A DNA stretch of 64,000 nt from Pseudomonadales bacterium (GTDB lineage Bacteria > Pseudomonadota > Gammaproteobacteria > Pseudomonadales > M0112): positions 13,167-77,166 of the forward strand of contig DATCSK010000028.1 of NCBI GenBank assembly GCA_036568505.1, read 5' to 3'. Both the position numbers and the translations under genes were made by a program. Within the stretch, counting starts at the first letter, position 1. Every line of letters starts with the position of its first letter. Under the pieces are notes generated by a model that worked only from the letters and a program-made list of their open reading frames with translations, was not told where the DNA came from and did no database searches. Positions 8,791 to 17,707 of the stretch are shown here, in pieces.

Positions 8791-10023
8791 ATGGCGCTGA
8801 TTGTGCAGAAATACGGCGGTACTTCGGTCGGTTCGGTTGAGCGAATCGAGGCGGTGGCCGATCGCGTCGTGCGTTTTCGTAATGAAGGCCACGATGTGGT
8901 GGTGGTGGTGTCGGCAATGAGTGGCGAGACCAATCGCCTGATTGCCTTGGCCCATGCGATTACCGATCAGCCGGCACCGCGCGAGTTGGATGCGCTGGTG
9001 GCGACCGGTGAGCAAGTCAGTATGGCGTTGTTGTGCATGGCTTTGCACCGGCGCGGCCAAAAAGCGCGTTCTTACAATGGCGCCCAAGTGCGTATTTTGA
9101 CGGATGACGCGCACACCAAAGCGCGTATTCGTGCGATTGATGATAGCCGTATTCGTACCGATCTCGCCGAAGGCTCGGTGGTGGTCGTGGCCGGTTTTCA
9201 GGGTGTGGATGAAGAAGGCAATATCACCACCTTGGGTCGTGGCGGTTCCGATACCACGGGTGTTGCCTTGGCGGCGGCATTAAAAGCGGCGGAATGCCAG
9301 ATTTACACCGACGTTGATGGTGTGTACACGACCGACCCCCGCGTGGTTGAGCGTGCGCAGCGACTCGATCGCATTACCTTTGAAGAAATGCTGGAAATGG
9401 CCAGTCAAGGCTCCAAAGTGCTGCAAATTCGTTCGGTTGAATTTGCGGGTAAATACAACGTTCCCCTGCGGGTGCTTTCCAGTTTCAAGGAAGGCCCCGG
9501 CACATTGATCAGCTATGAGGAAGACAGCCCGATGGAAGCGCCACTGATTTCCGGTATCGCCTTCAACCGTGATGAAGCCAAATTAACCGTGCGCGGCGTG
9601 CCGGATACGCCGGGCGTGGCGTACCGCATTATTGGGCCAGTCAGTGAAGCGAATATTGAAGTCGATGTGATTGTTCAGAACGTATCGGCCGATGGCAGCA
9701 CCGACATTACGTTCACCGTGCACCGCAATGATCGCAAAAAGGCCGAAGCGATTTTGCAAAAAGTTGCCGCAGAACTGGGCGCTCGTGAAGTCAGCAGTGA
9801 TGACCGGATTGCGAAAGTCTCTATTGTGGGTGTGGGCATGCGCTCTCACGCGGGTATTGCCAGTATTATGTTTAAGGCTTTATCCGAGGTGAATATCAAT
9901 ATCCAGATGATCACGACCTCGGAAATCAAGATTTCCGTGATTATTGATGAGAAATTCCTTGAGTTGGCCGTGCGCACCTTGCATACGGCATTCGGGCTTG
10001 ATAAAACGGATGACAATGCCTGA
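8791..10023 (+). CDS. lysC: aspartate kinase (monofunctional, ACT-domain type)
   Basis: 410 aa. Starts MALIVQKYGGTSVG, contains GRGGSDTT, and ends in two ACT repeats. A possible internal beta-subunit start lies at 9532. Confidence 0.95.
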   Translation: MALIVQKYGGTSVGSVERIEAVADRVVRFRNEGHDVVVVVSAMSGETNRLIALAHAITDQPAPRELDALVATGEQVSMALLCMALHRRGQKARSYNGAQVRILTDDAHTKARIRAIDDSRIRTDLAEGSVVVVAGFQGVDEEGNITTLGRGGSDTTGVALAAALKAAECQIYTDVDGVYTTDPRVVERAQRLDRITFEEMLEMASQGSKVLQIRSVEFAGKYNVPLRVLSSFKEGPGTLISYEEDSPMEAPLISGIAFNRDEAKLTVRGVPDTPGVAYRIIGPVSEANIEVDVIVQNVSADGSTDITFTVHRNDRKKAEAILQKVAAELGAREVSSDDRIAKVSIVGVGMRSHAGIASIMFKALSEVNINIQMITTSEIKISVIIDEKFLELAVRTLHTAFGLDKTDDNA

Positions 10024-10075
10024 GGGTAGGATACCCTGAAGGCCATAAGGCGATGATTCGCCAGGGAGAAGCAAC

Positions 10076-10255
10076 ATGCTGATTTTGACCCGCCGGATTG
10101 GCGAAACCCTGATGATCGGGGATCAGGTCACGGTGACTGTGCTGGGCGTGAAGGGCAATCAGGTGCGTCTGGGCGTGAATGCACCCAAGGAAGTCGCGGT
10201 GCATCGAGAAGAGATTTACCAGCGTATTCAGCATGAGAAGGCAGACGACGAGTAA
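10076..10255 (+). CDS. csrA: carbon storage regulator CsrA/RsmA
   Basis: Not in the ORF track (59 aa). Translation from ATG 10076 gives [59 protein letters not shown], with stop TAA at 10253-10255. Confidence 0.95.
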   Translation: MLILTRRIGETLMIGDQVTVTVLGVKGNQVRLGVNAPKEVAVHREEIYQRIQHEKADDE

Positions 10256-10295
10256 AGTGGCATAGGCAGGCCGATAGGCCTGTGCTATTATCGCG

Positions 10296-10318
10296 CCCGC
10301 TGTTTTGCGGGGTTTTCT
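10296..10318 (+). terminator. weak intrinsic terminator-like hairpin after csrA
   Basis: CCCGC (10296-10300) pairs with GCGGG (10307-10311) across a 6-nt loop, followed by GTTTTCT. Confidence 0.4.
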
Positions 10319-10332
10319 GTATCAACGCATCC

Positions 10333-10425
10333 GGAGAGGTGGCCGAGTCGGTCGAAGGCGCTCCCCTGCTAAGGGAGTATGGGGCCAAAACTCCATCGAG
10401 GGTTCGAATCCCTCCCTCTCCGCCA
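10333..10425 (+). tRNA. tRNA-Ser (anticodon GCU)
   Basis: 93 nt. Acceptor GGAGAGG/CCTCTCC plus GCCA. Anticodon stem CTCCC/GGGAG with loop CTGCTAA. Long variable arm. T-loop GGTTCGAATCC. Confidence 0.95.
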
Positions 10426-10433
10426 GTCCATCG

Positions 10434-10461
10434 AAAAAGCGCCCTCAGACGGGCGTTTTTT
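10434..10461 (+). terminator. intrinsic terminator after tRNA-Ser
   Basis: AAAAGCGCCC-TCAGAC-GGGCGTTTTTT: a GC stem followed by a T6 run. Confidence 0.8.
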
Positions 10462-10556
10462 ATGCCCATTGTTAAGCAATCTTCACGGGTATTGCTGGAG
10501 TCGGCTCCGCAACTTTGTCATCATGGACTCCTTTTAACGCCGGTATGGATAGCACG

Positions 10557-11744
10557 ATGAATGCGCTTGAAACATGTTTTGCCCCCGCCCGTTTGAATGG
10601 CCTCGAGCTGAAAAACCGCTTTATTAAAGCCGGTACGTTTGAGGGAAAAACACCGCGAGGCGTGCCCGGCGATCCCTTGAAGGCATTTCATCTGGCGATT
10701 GCCCAAGGCGGGGTTGCGATGACCACGCTGGGGTATTGCGCGACCGAAGCCGATGGCCGCCTCAATGAAAACATGATGTACATGGGCGAGCACGTGCGCG
10801 ATCCGCTGTCTTCCTTGATTGAAGCATTGCATCAGGCGGGAACGAAAGTGTCGGGTCAGATGGGGCATGGTGGCGGGTTCTCCAAGAATAAAGACTTGCA
10901 GCGCCGCCGGCCGAGGGGCCCGCAGTTTGGTATCAATATGCTGGGCGTGGCCAATGGCATGCTGTTTTGCGATGGCATGACCGAAGCGCATATCAAGGAA
11001 CTGGTGCAGACCTATTACGATGCAGCGGTTTTTATGAAGTCGGCAGGTTTTGATTGCCTGGAAATTCACTTTGGCCATGGCTACGGCTTGTGCCAGTTCA
11101 TGAGCCCGAAAACCAATAAGCGCAAAGACCGTTACGGTGGCTCGCTGATGAACCGTATGCGGCTGCCGTTGGAAGTGCTTGAAGCCGTACGCAAAGCGGT
11201 GGGTGATGACTTTCCGGTGATCGGTAAGATCAGTCTGACGGAAGGCGTGCGCGGCGGACTGGACTATGACGATGCAATCGCCATTTCCAAACTGCTTGAT
11301 CAAGGTGGTATTGATGGCATCGTGACCAGCGGCGGCACCAGCACCATGAATCCGATGATCATGTTCCGTGGCGACAATATGTTGGGGCCGATGTTAAAAG
11401 CCGAGAAAAACCCGCTCATGAAACTGATTTTGCGTGCGGTGGGGCCGAGCATGTTCCGTGATTATCCGTATCACGAGTTGTACTTTCTTGAGCAGGCGCG
11501 TCGCGTGCGCGAGGCAGTTCAATGCAACATGATTTATGTGGGGGGCGCTAGCACCAACGACAGTTTCGCCGAGCTGATGCGGGAGGGGTTCGATTTTATT
11601 CAGCTGGGGCGCACATTGCTGAGTGATCCGGATTTGCCGAATAAGGCTGCGGCGGATGTGGCGTATAAAAGCCGTTGCCTGCACTGCAACGAATGCGTGG
11701 CGACGATCGAGCACCCGGACGGTATTCACTGCACCCGTTTTTAG
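10557..11744 (+). CDS. NADH:flavin oxidoreductase (Old Yellow Enzyme / 2,4-dienoyl-CoA-reductase N-domain family)
   Basis: The likely start is ATG 10557 (MNALETCFAPARLNGLELKNRFIKAG), while the track ORF starts at 10515. TIM-barrel OYE-type motifs include HFGHGYGLCQF and RKDRYGGSL. Confidence 0.8.
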   Translation: MNALETCFAPARLNGLELKNRFIKAGTFEGKTPRGVPGDPLKAFHLAIAQGGVAMTTLGYCATEADGRLNENMMYMGEHVRDPLSSLIEALHQAGTKVSGQMGHGGGFSKNKDLQRRRPRGPQFGINMLGVANGMLFCDGMTEAHIKELVQTYYDAAVFMKSAGFDCLEIHFGHGYGLCQFMSPKTNKRKDRYGGSLMNRMRLPLEVLEAVRKAVGDDFPVIGKISLTEGVRGGLDYDDAIAISKLLDQGGIDGIVTSGGTSTMNPMIMFRGDNMLGPMLKAEKNPLMKLILRAVGPSMFRDYPYHELYFLEQARRVREAVQCNMIYVGGASTNDSFAELMREGFDFIQLGRTLLSDPDLPNKAAADVAYKSRCLHCNECVATIEHPDGIHCTRF

Positions 11745-11790
11745 GTAATCGGTGCAGAACATCGGGTGGGTTCTTGTGCCTGCTTTTGAA

Positions 11791-11820
11791 AAAACGGCTC
11801 ATGCAGTGGGCCGTTTTTTT
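11791..11820 (+). terminator. putative intrinsic terminator after the flavin oxidoreductase gene
   Basis: AACGGC (11793-11798) pairs with GCCGTT (11810-11815) across an 11-nt loop, followed by a T7 run. Confidence 0.5.
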
Positions 11821-11826
11821 GGGGCA

Positions 11827-11850
11827 ATAAAAAACCCGGACGGATCCGGG
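11827..11850 (-). terminator. intrinsic terminator after tRNA-Arg
   Basis: The minus strand reads CCCGGA-TCCG-TCCGGG followed by TTTTTTATT, directly 3' of the tRNA. Confidence 0.8.
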
Positions 11851-11859
11851 TCTTGAATA

Positions 11860-11936
11860 TGGTGCGCGGGGAGGGAGTCGAACCCCCGACCGCCTGGTTC
11901 GTAGCCAGGTACTCTATCCAGCTGAGCTACCCGCGC
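11860..11936 (-). tRNA. tRNA-Arg (anticodon ACG)
   Basis: 77 nt. The reverse complement is GCGCGGGTAGCTCAGCTGGATAGAGTACCTGGCTACGAACCAGGCGGTCGGGGGTTCGACTCCCTCCCCGCGCACCA, with anticodon loop CTACGAA. Confidence 0.95.
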
Positions 11937-11948
11937 CGAGGAGGGCAC

Positions 11949-11977
11949 ACTATAGGGAAGGCCTCTTCATTAGTCAA
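11949..11977 (-). promoter_or_regulatory. sigma70-type promoter for tRNA-Arg
   Basis: The minus strand reads TTGACT-N17-TATAGT. The -10 element ends 12 nt before the mature tRNA 5' end. Confidence 0.6.
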
Positions 11978-12175
11978 TGCTATTTTGAGTACTAATAGCA
12001 CGGTGTGCGAGAGGCCCTAAAGGCTTGTTTTTGGCGTGTTTATGACATGAATGCTCGTGTAACGGCAGGGTCATGGCGGGGTGGCGCGAGATTGAGAAAG
12101 GTCAATGTTACTCGGCCTGAAATAATGGTCTAATAGCGCCCTGATGTTGCTATTGATGGTCTCGGAGAAAGCGTT

Positions 12176-12349
12176 ATGAGCGAATTCAAGAAATACCAAT
12201 GCGTGATTTGCGGCTTCACCTATGACGAAGAGCTGGGTTTGCCTGAAGAAGGTATTGCGCCAGGCACCCGTTGGGAAGACGTTCCGGAAGATTGGGAGTG
12301 CCCCGAGTGCGGCGTGAGCAAATACGATTTCGATTTGCTGGACGAATAA
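12176..12349 (+). CDS. rubredoxin
   Basis: Not in the ORF track (57 aa). Sequence MSEFKKYQCVICGFTYDEELGLPEEGIAPGTRWEDVPEDWECPECGVSKYDFDLLDE carries the two rubredoxin CxxCG knuckles. The minus ORF 12071..12355 is its antisense shadow. Confidence 0.93.
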   Translation: MSEFKKYQCVICGFTYDEELGLPEEGIAPGTRWEDVPEDWECPECGVSKYDFDLLDE

Positions 12350-12365
12350 GCGCATCCGGCCAGAG

Positions 12366-12403
12366 CCATAAAAAAGCCCGGTATTAGCCGGGCTTTTTTA
12401 TGG
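12366..12403. terminator. bidirectional intrinsic terminator (rubredoxin / acyl-CoA dehydrogenase convergent pair)
   Basis: Perfect palindrome CCATAAAAAAGCCCGG-TATTAG-CCGGGCTTTTTTATGG, with an A-run and a T-run flanking the GC stem. Confidence 0.88.
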
Positions 12404-12410
12404 CTTCAGT

Positions 12411-13550
12411 TTAGTAGCCGTGCAAACTGGCGTAGCGATCACGGTGGAATGCAGGCGTCCCAAACAATTGATTTAATACGCGCGAGCGCTTCAGGAACAG
12501 ACCCACATCCAATTCATCGGTCACGCCAATGCCGCCGTGCATTTGGGTGGCTTCATCCATAACCCGCAGACAGGCTTCACCGACTTTACTCTTCACCAGG
12601 CTGGCGAGGGCCGGCACTTGGTCGGGCGCTTCATCAATCGCTTGTAACGCTTCTAATACGATGGATTTGCACAGCTCAATGTCGATGTACATTTGTGCGG
12701 CGCGGTGTTTGAGGGCCTGAAAGCTGCCAATTTTGACGCCGAACTGCTCCCGCTCTTTCAGGTAAGCATTGGTACGGTCAAACATGGCTTGCATGTTGCC
12801 CAGCATTTCAGCGGCGATGGCAATGCGTCCACGATCGAGCATTTGCTCTAAAACGGCGTAGCCCTGACCGGCTGTGCCGAGTACGCAATCGGCGGTGACG
12901 GCAACGTCGTTGAAGCGAATGCGGGCAGCCGGGTGTGCGTCAACCAATGACAGGGGCTGGCGCTCAATGCCGGCTGTATCGGCATCGATCAGTAGCAGGG
13001 TGATGCCCTCGGCGCCGGGATTGGTACCGCCGGTGCGGGCCGCGACGATCAGTTTGCTGGCGCTCATGCCGTCAACAACCAATGTTTTCTCGCCGTTTAC
13101 GACATAGCCGGTGCCTTCGGCTCGTGCTTCGGTGCGAATATCCAGAGGATTGTGGTGGGTGCCTTCATCAATGGCCAAGGCCAGTGTCAGTTGTCCGGCC
13201 GCCGATTGAGGCAGCAAGGTCTGTTTTTGTGCGTCGTTGCCGGCCAGTAAAATGCCCGAAGCGCCCAAGACCACGCTGGCAAACAACGGAGAGCGAGCCA
13301 GTGTTTTGCCGGCTTCTTCCAGGACAACGCCTAAACCGGTGAAGCCGAACGCAAGGCCGTCGTAGGCTTCGGGTAAGGTAATGCTGGCCCAGCCCAGTTC
13401 GCTCATTTGTTGCCACAAGTCGCTGGAGTAGCCTTGCGGATTGCCTTCATCGCGCAGTTTGCGAAAGGCTTCGACGGGTGCATTGGCTTGCAAGAATTCG
13501 CAGGCGGTATCTTTGAGGAGTTTTTGTTCTTCGTTCAAGACCAGCGGCAT
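12411..13550 (-). CDS. acyl-CoA dehydrogenase family protein
   Basis: 379 aa with the typical ACAD three-domain layout. The C-terminal helical domain contains QMHGGIGVTDE and FGTPAFH. Confidence 0.85.
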   Translation of the reverse strand: MPLVLNEEQKLLKDTACEFLQANAPVEAFRKLRDEGNPQGYSSDLWQQMSELGWASITLPEAYDGLAFGFTGLGVVLEEAGKTLARSPLFASVVLGASGILLAGNDAQKQTLLPQSAAGQLTLALAIDEGTHHNPLDIRTEARAEGTGYVVNGEKTLVVDGMSASKLIVAARTGGTNPGAEGITLLLIDADTAGIERQPLSLVDAHPAARIRFNDVAVTADCVLGTAGQGYAVLEQMLDRGRIAIAAEMLGNMQAMFDRTNAYLKEREQFGVKIGSFQALKHRAAQMYIDIELCKSIVLEALQAIDEAPDQVPALASLVKSKVGEACLRVMDEATQMHGGIGVTDELDVGLFLKRSRVLNQLFGTPAFHRDRYASLHGY

Positions 13551-13736
13551 GGATAAGGGCTCCGAAAGCTTGTGGGGCTAAAAAAGCAGGGCTGCATTCT
13601 AGCACTTTTGATGCGGCTGCTGGTGTTGCCGTTTTGTCAGGCATGGCCTATAACTAACGCATTGATTTTAAAAATAAAAACTAAATTTTACCGTGGTTTA
13701 TAATGCGATAAAGGTGCCTTGTGGGTGAGGGGTCTC

Positions 13737-14303
13737 ATGATGACGCGAATCATGGTGGTGTGGGTGGTGCTGCTGTTGGGTATGTCGATGGCGACGGCCG
13801 AGGGTGTCGTGGTTTATAAATCCACGTCCGCAGATGGCAAAGTGCGTTATACCGATCATCCACCGACAGCGGCACACGGTGAAAAAATCGAAGTGATTGT
13901 GATGCCCGCCGGCCCTGACGCAGAGGATTGGCAGGCAGCGCGTGAGCGCACGCAGGCAGAGTTGGAGGCATCAAGAGAAGTCACGGACCGCATGGCCGCC
14001 GATCGCCGCGAGCGGGAAGCGGCTTTGCGTCAGGCGGCATTGGAGCAAGAAGAGCAGGCGTATCGTGATGCCGTGTTGAATGCGCAATACAACAATAACA
14101 ATGAGGTCGAGTCGGTGGGCGATTGGGCGTGGCCGGTCTATGGTTACGGTGATTATTATCGCCCTCGACCCGGATACCCCGGTTATCCGGGCAAGCCGCC
14201 TCGACCGATCAAGCCAAGGCCCGAGCCGCGTGCGCCGGCCGCGCAATCGTCCGGGAATTTGACCGTGCCGGATCTGATTAATCGCTCACGGCCGTGGCGG
14301 TGA
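13737..14303 (+). CDS. secreted DUF4124-like protein with charged coiled region and Pro/Tyr-rich C-terminus
   Basis: The likely start is ATG 13737 after GGTGAGGGG, while the track ORF starts at TTG 13719. Has the signal peptide MMTRIMVVWVVLLLGMSMATA and VYKSTSADGKVRYTDHPP, which is typical of DUF4124. The tail reads RPRPGYPGYPGKPPRPIKPRPEPR. Confidence 0.65.
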   Translation: MMTRIMVVWVVLLLGMSMATAEGVVVYKSTSADGKVRYTDHPPTAAHGEKIEVIVMPAGPDAEDWQAARERTQAELEASREVTDRMAADRREREAALRQAALEQEEQAYRDAVLNAQYNNNNEVESVGDWAWPVYGYGDYYRPRPGYPGYPGKPPRPIKPRPEPRAPAAQSSGNLTVPDLINRSRPWR

Positions 14304-14378
14304 GCCGCGCCCCATGCGTTTGGGTGAGGCTGTGTGATATCGGCCATGATACGGTGCTAAAAACGATAAGGAACCACC

Positions 14379-15128
14379 ATGAAGCGCTTCGACGATAAGG
14401 TCGCACTGATCACGGGTGCGGGCAGTGGTATTGGGCAAGCAACGGCCGTCCGGTTGGCAGCTGAAGGGGCGCGTGTTTTTTGCGTGGACATCAATCCAGC
14501 CGGGTTAGAGGCAACGCAATCAACCATTGCAGAGCACGGTGGCCAAGCGTTTGTGCACGTGTGTGATGTGAGCGATGAAGCAGCCATCAAAGCCTGTGTC
14601 GAGGCCTGCATTACGCAGTGGGACCGTCTGGATGTGCTTTGCAATATGGCCGGCATTTTGCGCTTTGATAATGCCCATGAACTGACGACAGCCAATTGGC
14701 AGCGTGTGATTGCGATCAACCTGACGGGCACCTTTCTGATGTGCCGTGAAGCATTGCCGCATTTGCTCGATTCGAAAGGCAATATCGTGAATGCGGCATC
14801 GACCGCATCGTTGGCCGGTCTGCCGTGGGGGGCTGCGTATTCGGCATCCAAGGGCGGTGTGCTGGCGATGACGCGTAGCATCGCCGTGGAATATGCCAAG
14901 CGCGGTGTGCGTGCCAATTGTGTGTGTCCGGGCGATATCGCGACCAATATGGCAGCCGGCGTGACCTTTCCGGATGGTGCAGACTTGGCGCTACTCAGTC
15001 GCATCAGTTCATTGACGGGTATGAAGGGCCCTGAAGTGGTGGCCGGTGTGATTGCCATGCTCGCATCCGAAGACGGCATTCACATTACCGGCGAAGACAT
15101 TCGCATGGACGGCGGCACATTGTCCTGA
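14379..15128 (+). CDS. SDR-family oxidoreductase (FabG-like)
   Basis: 249 aa. Motifs are TGAGSGIGQATA, NMAG, and YSASKGG (YxxxK). Confidence 0.88.
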   Translation: MKRFDDKVALITGAGSGIGQATAVRLAAEGARVFCVDINPAGLEATQSTIAEHGGQAFVHVCDVSDEAAIKACVEACITQWDRLDVLCNMAGILRFDNAHELTTANWQRVIAINLTGTFLMCREALPHLLDSKGNIVNAASTASLAGLPWGAAYSASKGGVLAMTRSIAVEYAKRGVRANCVCPGDIATNMAAGVTFPDGADLALLSRISSLTGMKGPEVVAGVIAMLASEDGIHITGEDIRMDGGTLS

Positions 15129-15157
15129 CGCTATCTATGTAACATGGCATAATCACG

Positions 15158-15187
15158 CACCCCGCTTCGGCGGGGTGTTTATTTTTT
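15158..15187 (+). terminator. intrinsic terminator
   Basis: CACCCCGC-TTCG-GCGGGGTG forms an 8-bp stem with a UUCG tetraloop, followed by TTTATTTTTT. Confidence 0.88.
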
Positions 15188-15215
15188 CTTATCACGGATC
15201 AGGTTGTATCGATTT

Positions 15216-15836
15216 ATGGCTGCTACCCGCAAAAAACCACGCACGGTGACCCGTGCTTTCGGCGTCGATTTGATGATGGCCTCGCACCCGGAAGTGCGGC
15301 GTTTAAAGCGTGAACTGGAGGACTTTTCAACACACGGCAATAAGGTGTGGCGCTCCAGCATGTTGTTAATGGATTTTCTGAAAAAGAATCCGCCCAAGCA
15401 GCGTGCGAAAGGCATGGAGATTGGTTGTGGCTGGGGGCCGGCCAGTATTTTTATGGCCAAGCAATTCCAGTGCAAAATGACGGCGGTTGATTTGGATCCT
15501 GCGGTATTTCCGTTTCTGCACGCGCAAGCAGAATTGAATGGCGTGACCGTCGACACGCTGAAAAGTCGTTTTGAAAAAATATCGGGCCCACGCTTGTCGG
15601 CCTATCAATACCTGATTGGATCGGATATCTGCTTTTGGGACGAAATGATCGACCCGCTGTTCAAGTTGATTCGCCGTGCTAAAAAAGCCGGCGTGAAGCA
15701 TGTCTATATTGCTGATCCGGGTCGTACGTCATTTTTGGAATTGGCAGAACGGTGTGAGAAAGAATTGGGTGCCGAGTACGACTACCATGCGATCAGTCGT
15801 CCGGTGCGCGCGACCGGTTTTATTCTGAAGGTTTAA
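15216..15836 (+). CDS. class I SAM-dependent methyltransferase
   Basis: Start at ATG 15216 (MAATRKKPRT), while the track ORF starts at TTG 15204. SAM motif I is MEIGCGWGPAS, followed by AVDLD and GSDICFW. Confidence 0.8.
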   Translation: MAATRKKPRTVTRAFGVDLMMASHPEVRRLKRELEDFSTHGNKVWRSSMLLMDFLKKNPPKQRAKGMEIGCGWGPASIFMAKQFQCKMTAVDLDPAVFPFLHAQAELNGVTVDTLKSRFEKISGPRLSAYQYLIGSDICFWDEMIDPLFKLIRRAKKAGVKHVYIADPGRTSFLELAERCEKELGAEYDYHAISRPVRATGFILKV

Positions 15837-15842
15837 ACGGCA

Positions 15843-16526
15843 TCAACGTAAAAACAGGCCGGCTTTTTCATCGGCAGTGAGCGGCGGGTTTTTCCACAGC
15901 GCATCACCGGCGTGCAGGCCGCGCTGCACGGCATCGCGTGCCGCGATGCGTGCCAACCATGCGTTGATGTTCGGGTATTGAGCGATCTCAATGCCTTGCC
16001 ATTCGTGATAGGGCGCCATCATCCACGGGAACAGCGCAATGTCGGCGATGGAATATTCATCGGCCACGTAATCACGTCCTTGCAGGCGTTTCTCTAGCAC
16101 ACCATAAAGGCGGTTGGCCTCGTTGGTGTAGCGTTGGATGGGGTAATCCAGTTTTTCAGCAGCAAACTGACGAAAGTGGTGTGCTTGGCCGAGCATGGGG
16201 CCGGCACCGCCCATTTGCCACATCAGCCATTCGAGTACGGTTTTTCGTGGGCGGGTCTCGGCAGGCAGTAATCGCCCGGCTTTTTCGGCGAGATACATCA
16301 GGATCGCGCCACTTTCAAAGACCGGTACCGGTGCGCCGCCATCGCGAGGTGTGCGATCAATGATCGCGGGAATGCGGTTGTTCGGGCTGATCGCCAAGAA
16401 CTCGGGTAAAAACTGATCACCCCGGCTGATGTTGATGGGGATGATGCGGTACTCAAGGGCCAGCTCTTCCAATGCAATGGTGATTTTGTGGCCATTGGGG
16501 GTTGGAAACGCATACAACTCAATCAT
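15843..16526 (-). CDS. Nu-class glutathione S-transferase (YfcG/YghU-like)
   Basis: 227 aa. MIELYAFPTPNGHKITIALEELALEYRIIPINISRGDQFLPEFLAISPNNRIPAIIDR parallels E. coli YfcG almost motif for motif. Confidence 0.88.
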   Translation of the reverse strand: MIELYAFPTPNGHKITIALEELALEYRIIPINISRGDQFLPEFLAISPNNRIPAIIDRTPRDGGAPVPVFESGAILMYLAEKAGRLLPAETRPRKTVLEWLMWQMGGAGPMLGQAHHFRQFAAEKLDYPIQRYTNEANRLYGVLEKRLQGRDYVADEYSIADIALFPWMMAPYHEWQGIEIAQYPNINAWLARIAARDAVQRGLHAGDALWKNPPLTADEKAGLFLR

Positions 16527-16528
16527 GT

Positions 16529-17569
16529 TCAGCGGGCCTGATTCACGTCGGTATAAAATTGCGCGTACCAGCGGCGTAATTTAGCCAGCGGACCGTCGCC
16601 GTCACACAATACCGGGTCGGTGCGATAGAGTTTGTGTTCCCAAATCGCCACGTCTTCATCAAAGCCTTTACGGGTGCCTTCAACATAAGCCATTTGAATG
16701 GTTTCAAGGTGTTCGTCTGAAATGTCAGTGCCGAGCTCGACTTCCTGTTGCTCAAGCATGAACTCCAGCATCATTTTGGTTTCCGGCGTGATGGGTTCTT
16801 TTTTCAGCATCACGCCAAACCATAAATGCACGGTGTTGGCATCAATCGGTGTGTTTGCATTGACGAGGCGGCTTTGGAAGATGCTGCTCATCCAGGTGAT
16901 TTGATAAGCCGGTCCGTAGTAGGTGGCGCGCGTGTTGCTGATGGAGCCGAACTCCGACAGGCCCTGCATGATTTGGGTGGCCAAATGCCCTTCGTAAATA
17001 TTCGAGAACTCCAGAACTTCTTTAAAGCCATGCACAAAGACAAAGTGGGCTTTGTCTGCAACGTTCTCGATAATTTCTCGGGGGTGTGTTTTGAGCTCAA
17101 GGCGACGACTGATCCAGTCCGACCACTCCGGATCACCGAATTCTTCCAGCACCGGAATGTCGTATTGCGGTGCATTGCCTTCGGGGTCGTGCCACAAAAA
17201 CACCCAGCCATGACTTTCATGGACATGCCATGTGCGCAGGCAGGCTTTGGCGGGAATGCGATTGGCGTAAGGGATGTCCACGCATTGGCCGCTGCTATCG
17301 AACTGCCAGGCATGAAACGGGCAGCGAATGTTATTGCCTTCGATGATGCCACCAACACCCAAATGCGCACCCAAATGCGGGCAGTAGCCATCCAGGACGT
17401 GCACGGCGTTATCATCGAGGCCGCGGTAACCGACCAGCTCTTTCTCGAAGTACTTCATGCGCACGGATGCGCCGGCTTTGAAGTCTTCGGATGTGCCAAT
17501 AATGAACCAGCCGCGTGGGTAGCGAATGTCGCCGTTGGGCAGGCGGGGCAGTGTGGCCAAATTGTTCAT
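16529..17569 (-). CDS. Rieske [2Fe-2S] non-heme-iron oxygenase, KshA-like alpha subunit
   Basis: 346 aa. Rieske motif CPHLGAHL...CPFHAW and mononuclear iron motif ENVADKAHFVFVH. Its stop lies 3 nt before the GST start. Confidence 0.85.
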   Translation of the reverse strand: MNNLATLPRLPNGDIRYPRGWFIIGTSEDFKAGASVRMKYFEKELVGYRGLDDNAVHVLDGYCPHLGAHLGVGGIIEGNNIRCPFHAWQFDSSGQCVDIPYANRIPAKACLRTWHVHESHGWVFLWHDPEGNAPQYDIPVLEEFGDPEWSDWISRRLELKTHPREIIENVADKAHFVFVHGFKEVLEFSNIYEGHLATQIMQGLSEFGSISNTRATYYGPAYQITWMSSIFQSRLVNANTPIDANTVHLWFGVMLKKEPITPETKMMLEFMLEQQEVELGTDISDEHLETIQMAYVEGTRKGFDEDVAIWEHKLYRTDPVLCDGDGPLAKLRRWYAQFYTDVNQAR

Positions 17570-17707
17570 GCGTGAATCCGGGCGGGTGATCGTAGCGAGT
17601 ATTGTAATGCCAGCCAGTGAGCCAGCGGTTAATTTTTAGTAAGTCGCTTGCGCGCAAGGGCGCGCGACGGCAGGATACAGGCTCTGAATGCACGGGTGAG
17701 AGGCTTC

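Noticed and set aside
12176-12349. Rubredoxin as part of an alkane hydroxylase system
   Set aside because: No alkB-type hydroxylase or rubredoxin reductase gene is adjacent. The neighbours are a tRNA and a convergent acyl-CoA dehydrogenase. Nothing in the window supports a specific pathway.
12071-12355. 94-aa minus-strand ORF in the tRNA-Arg / acyl-CoA dehydrogenase spacer
   Set aside because: The opposite strand encodes an unmistakable 57-aa rubredoxin (two CxxCG knuckles) with its own SD and terminator. The listed ORF is its shadow.
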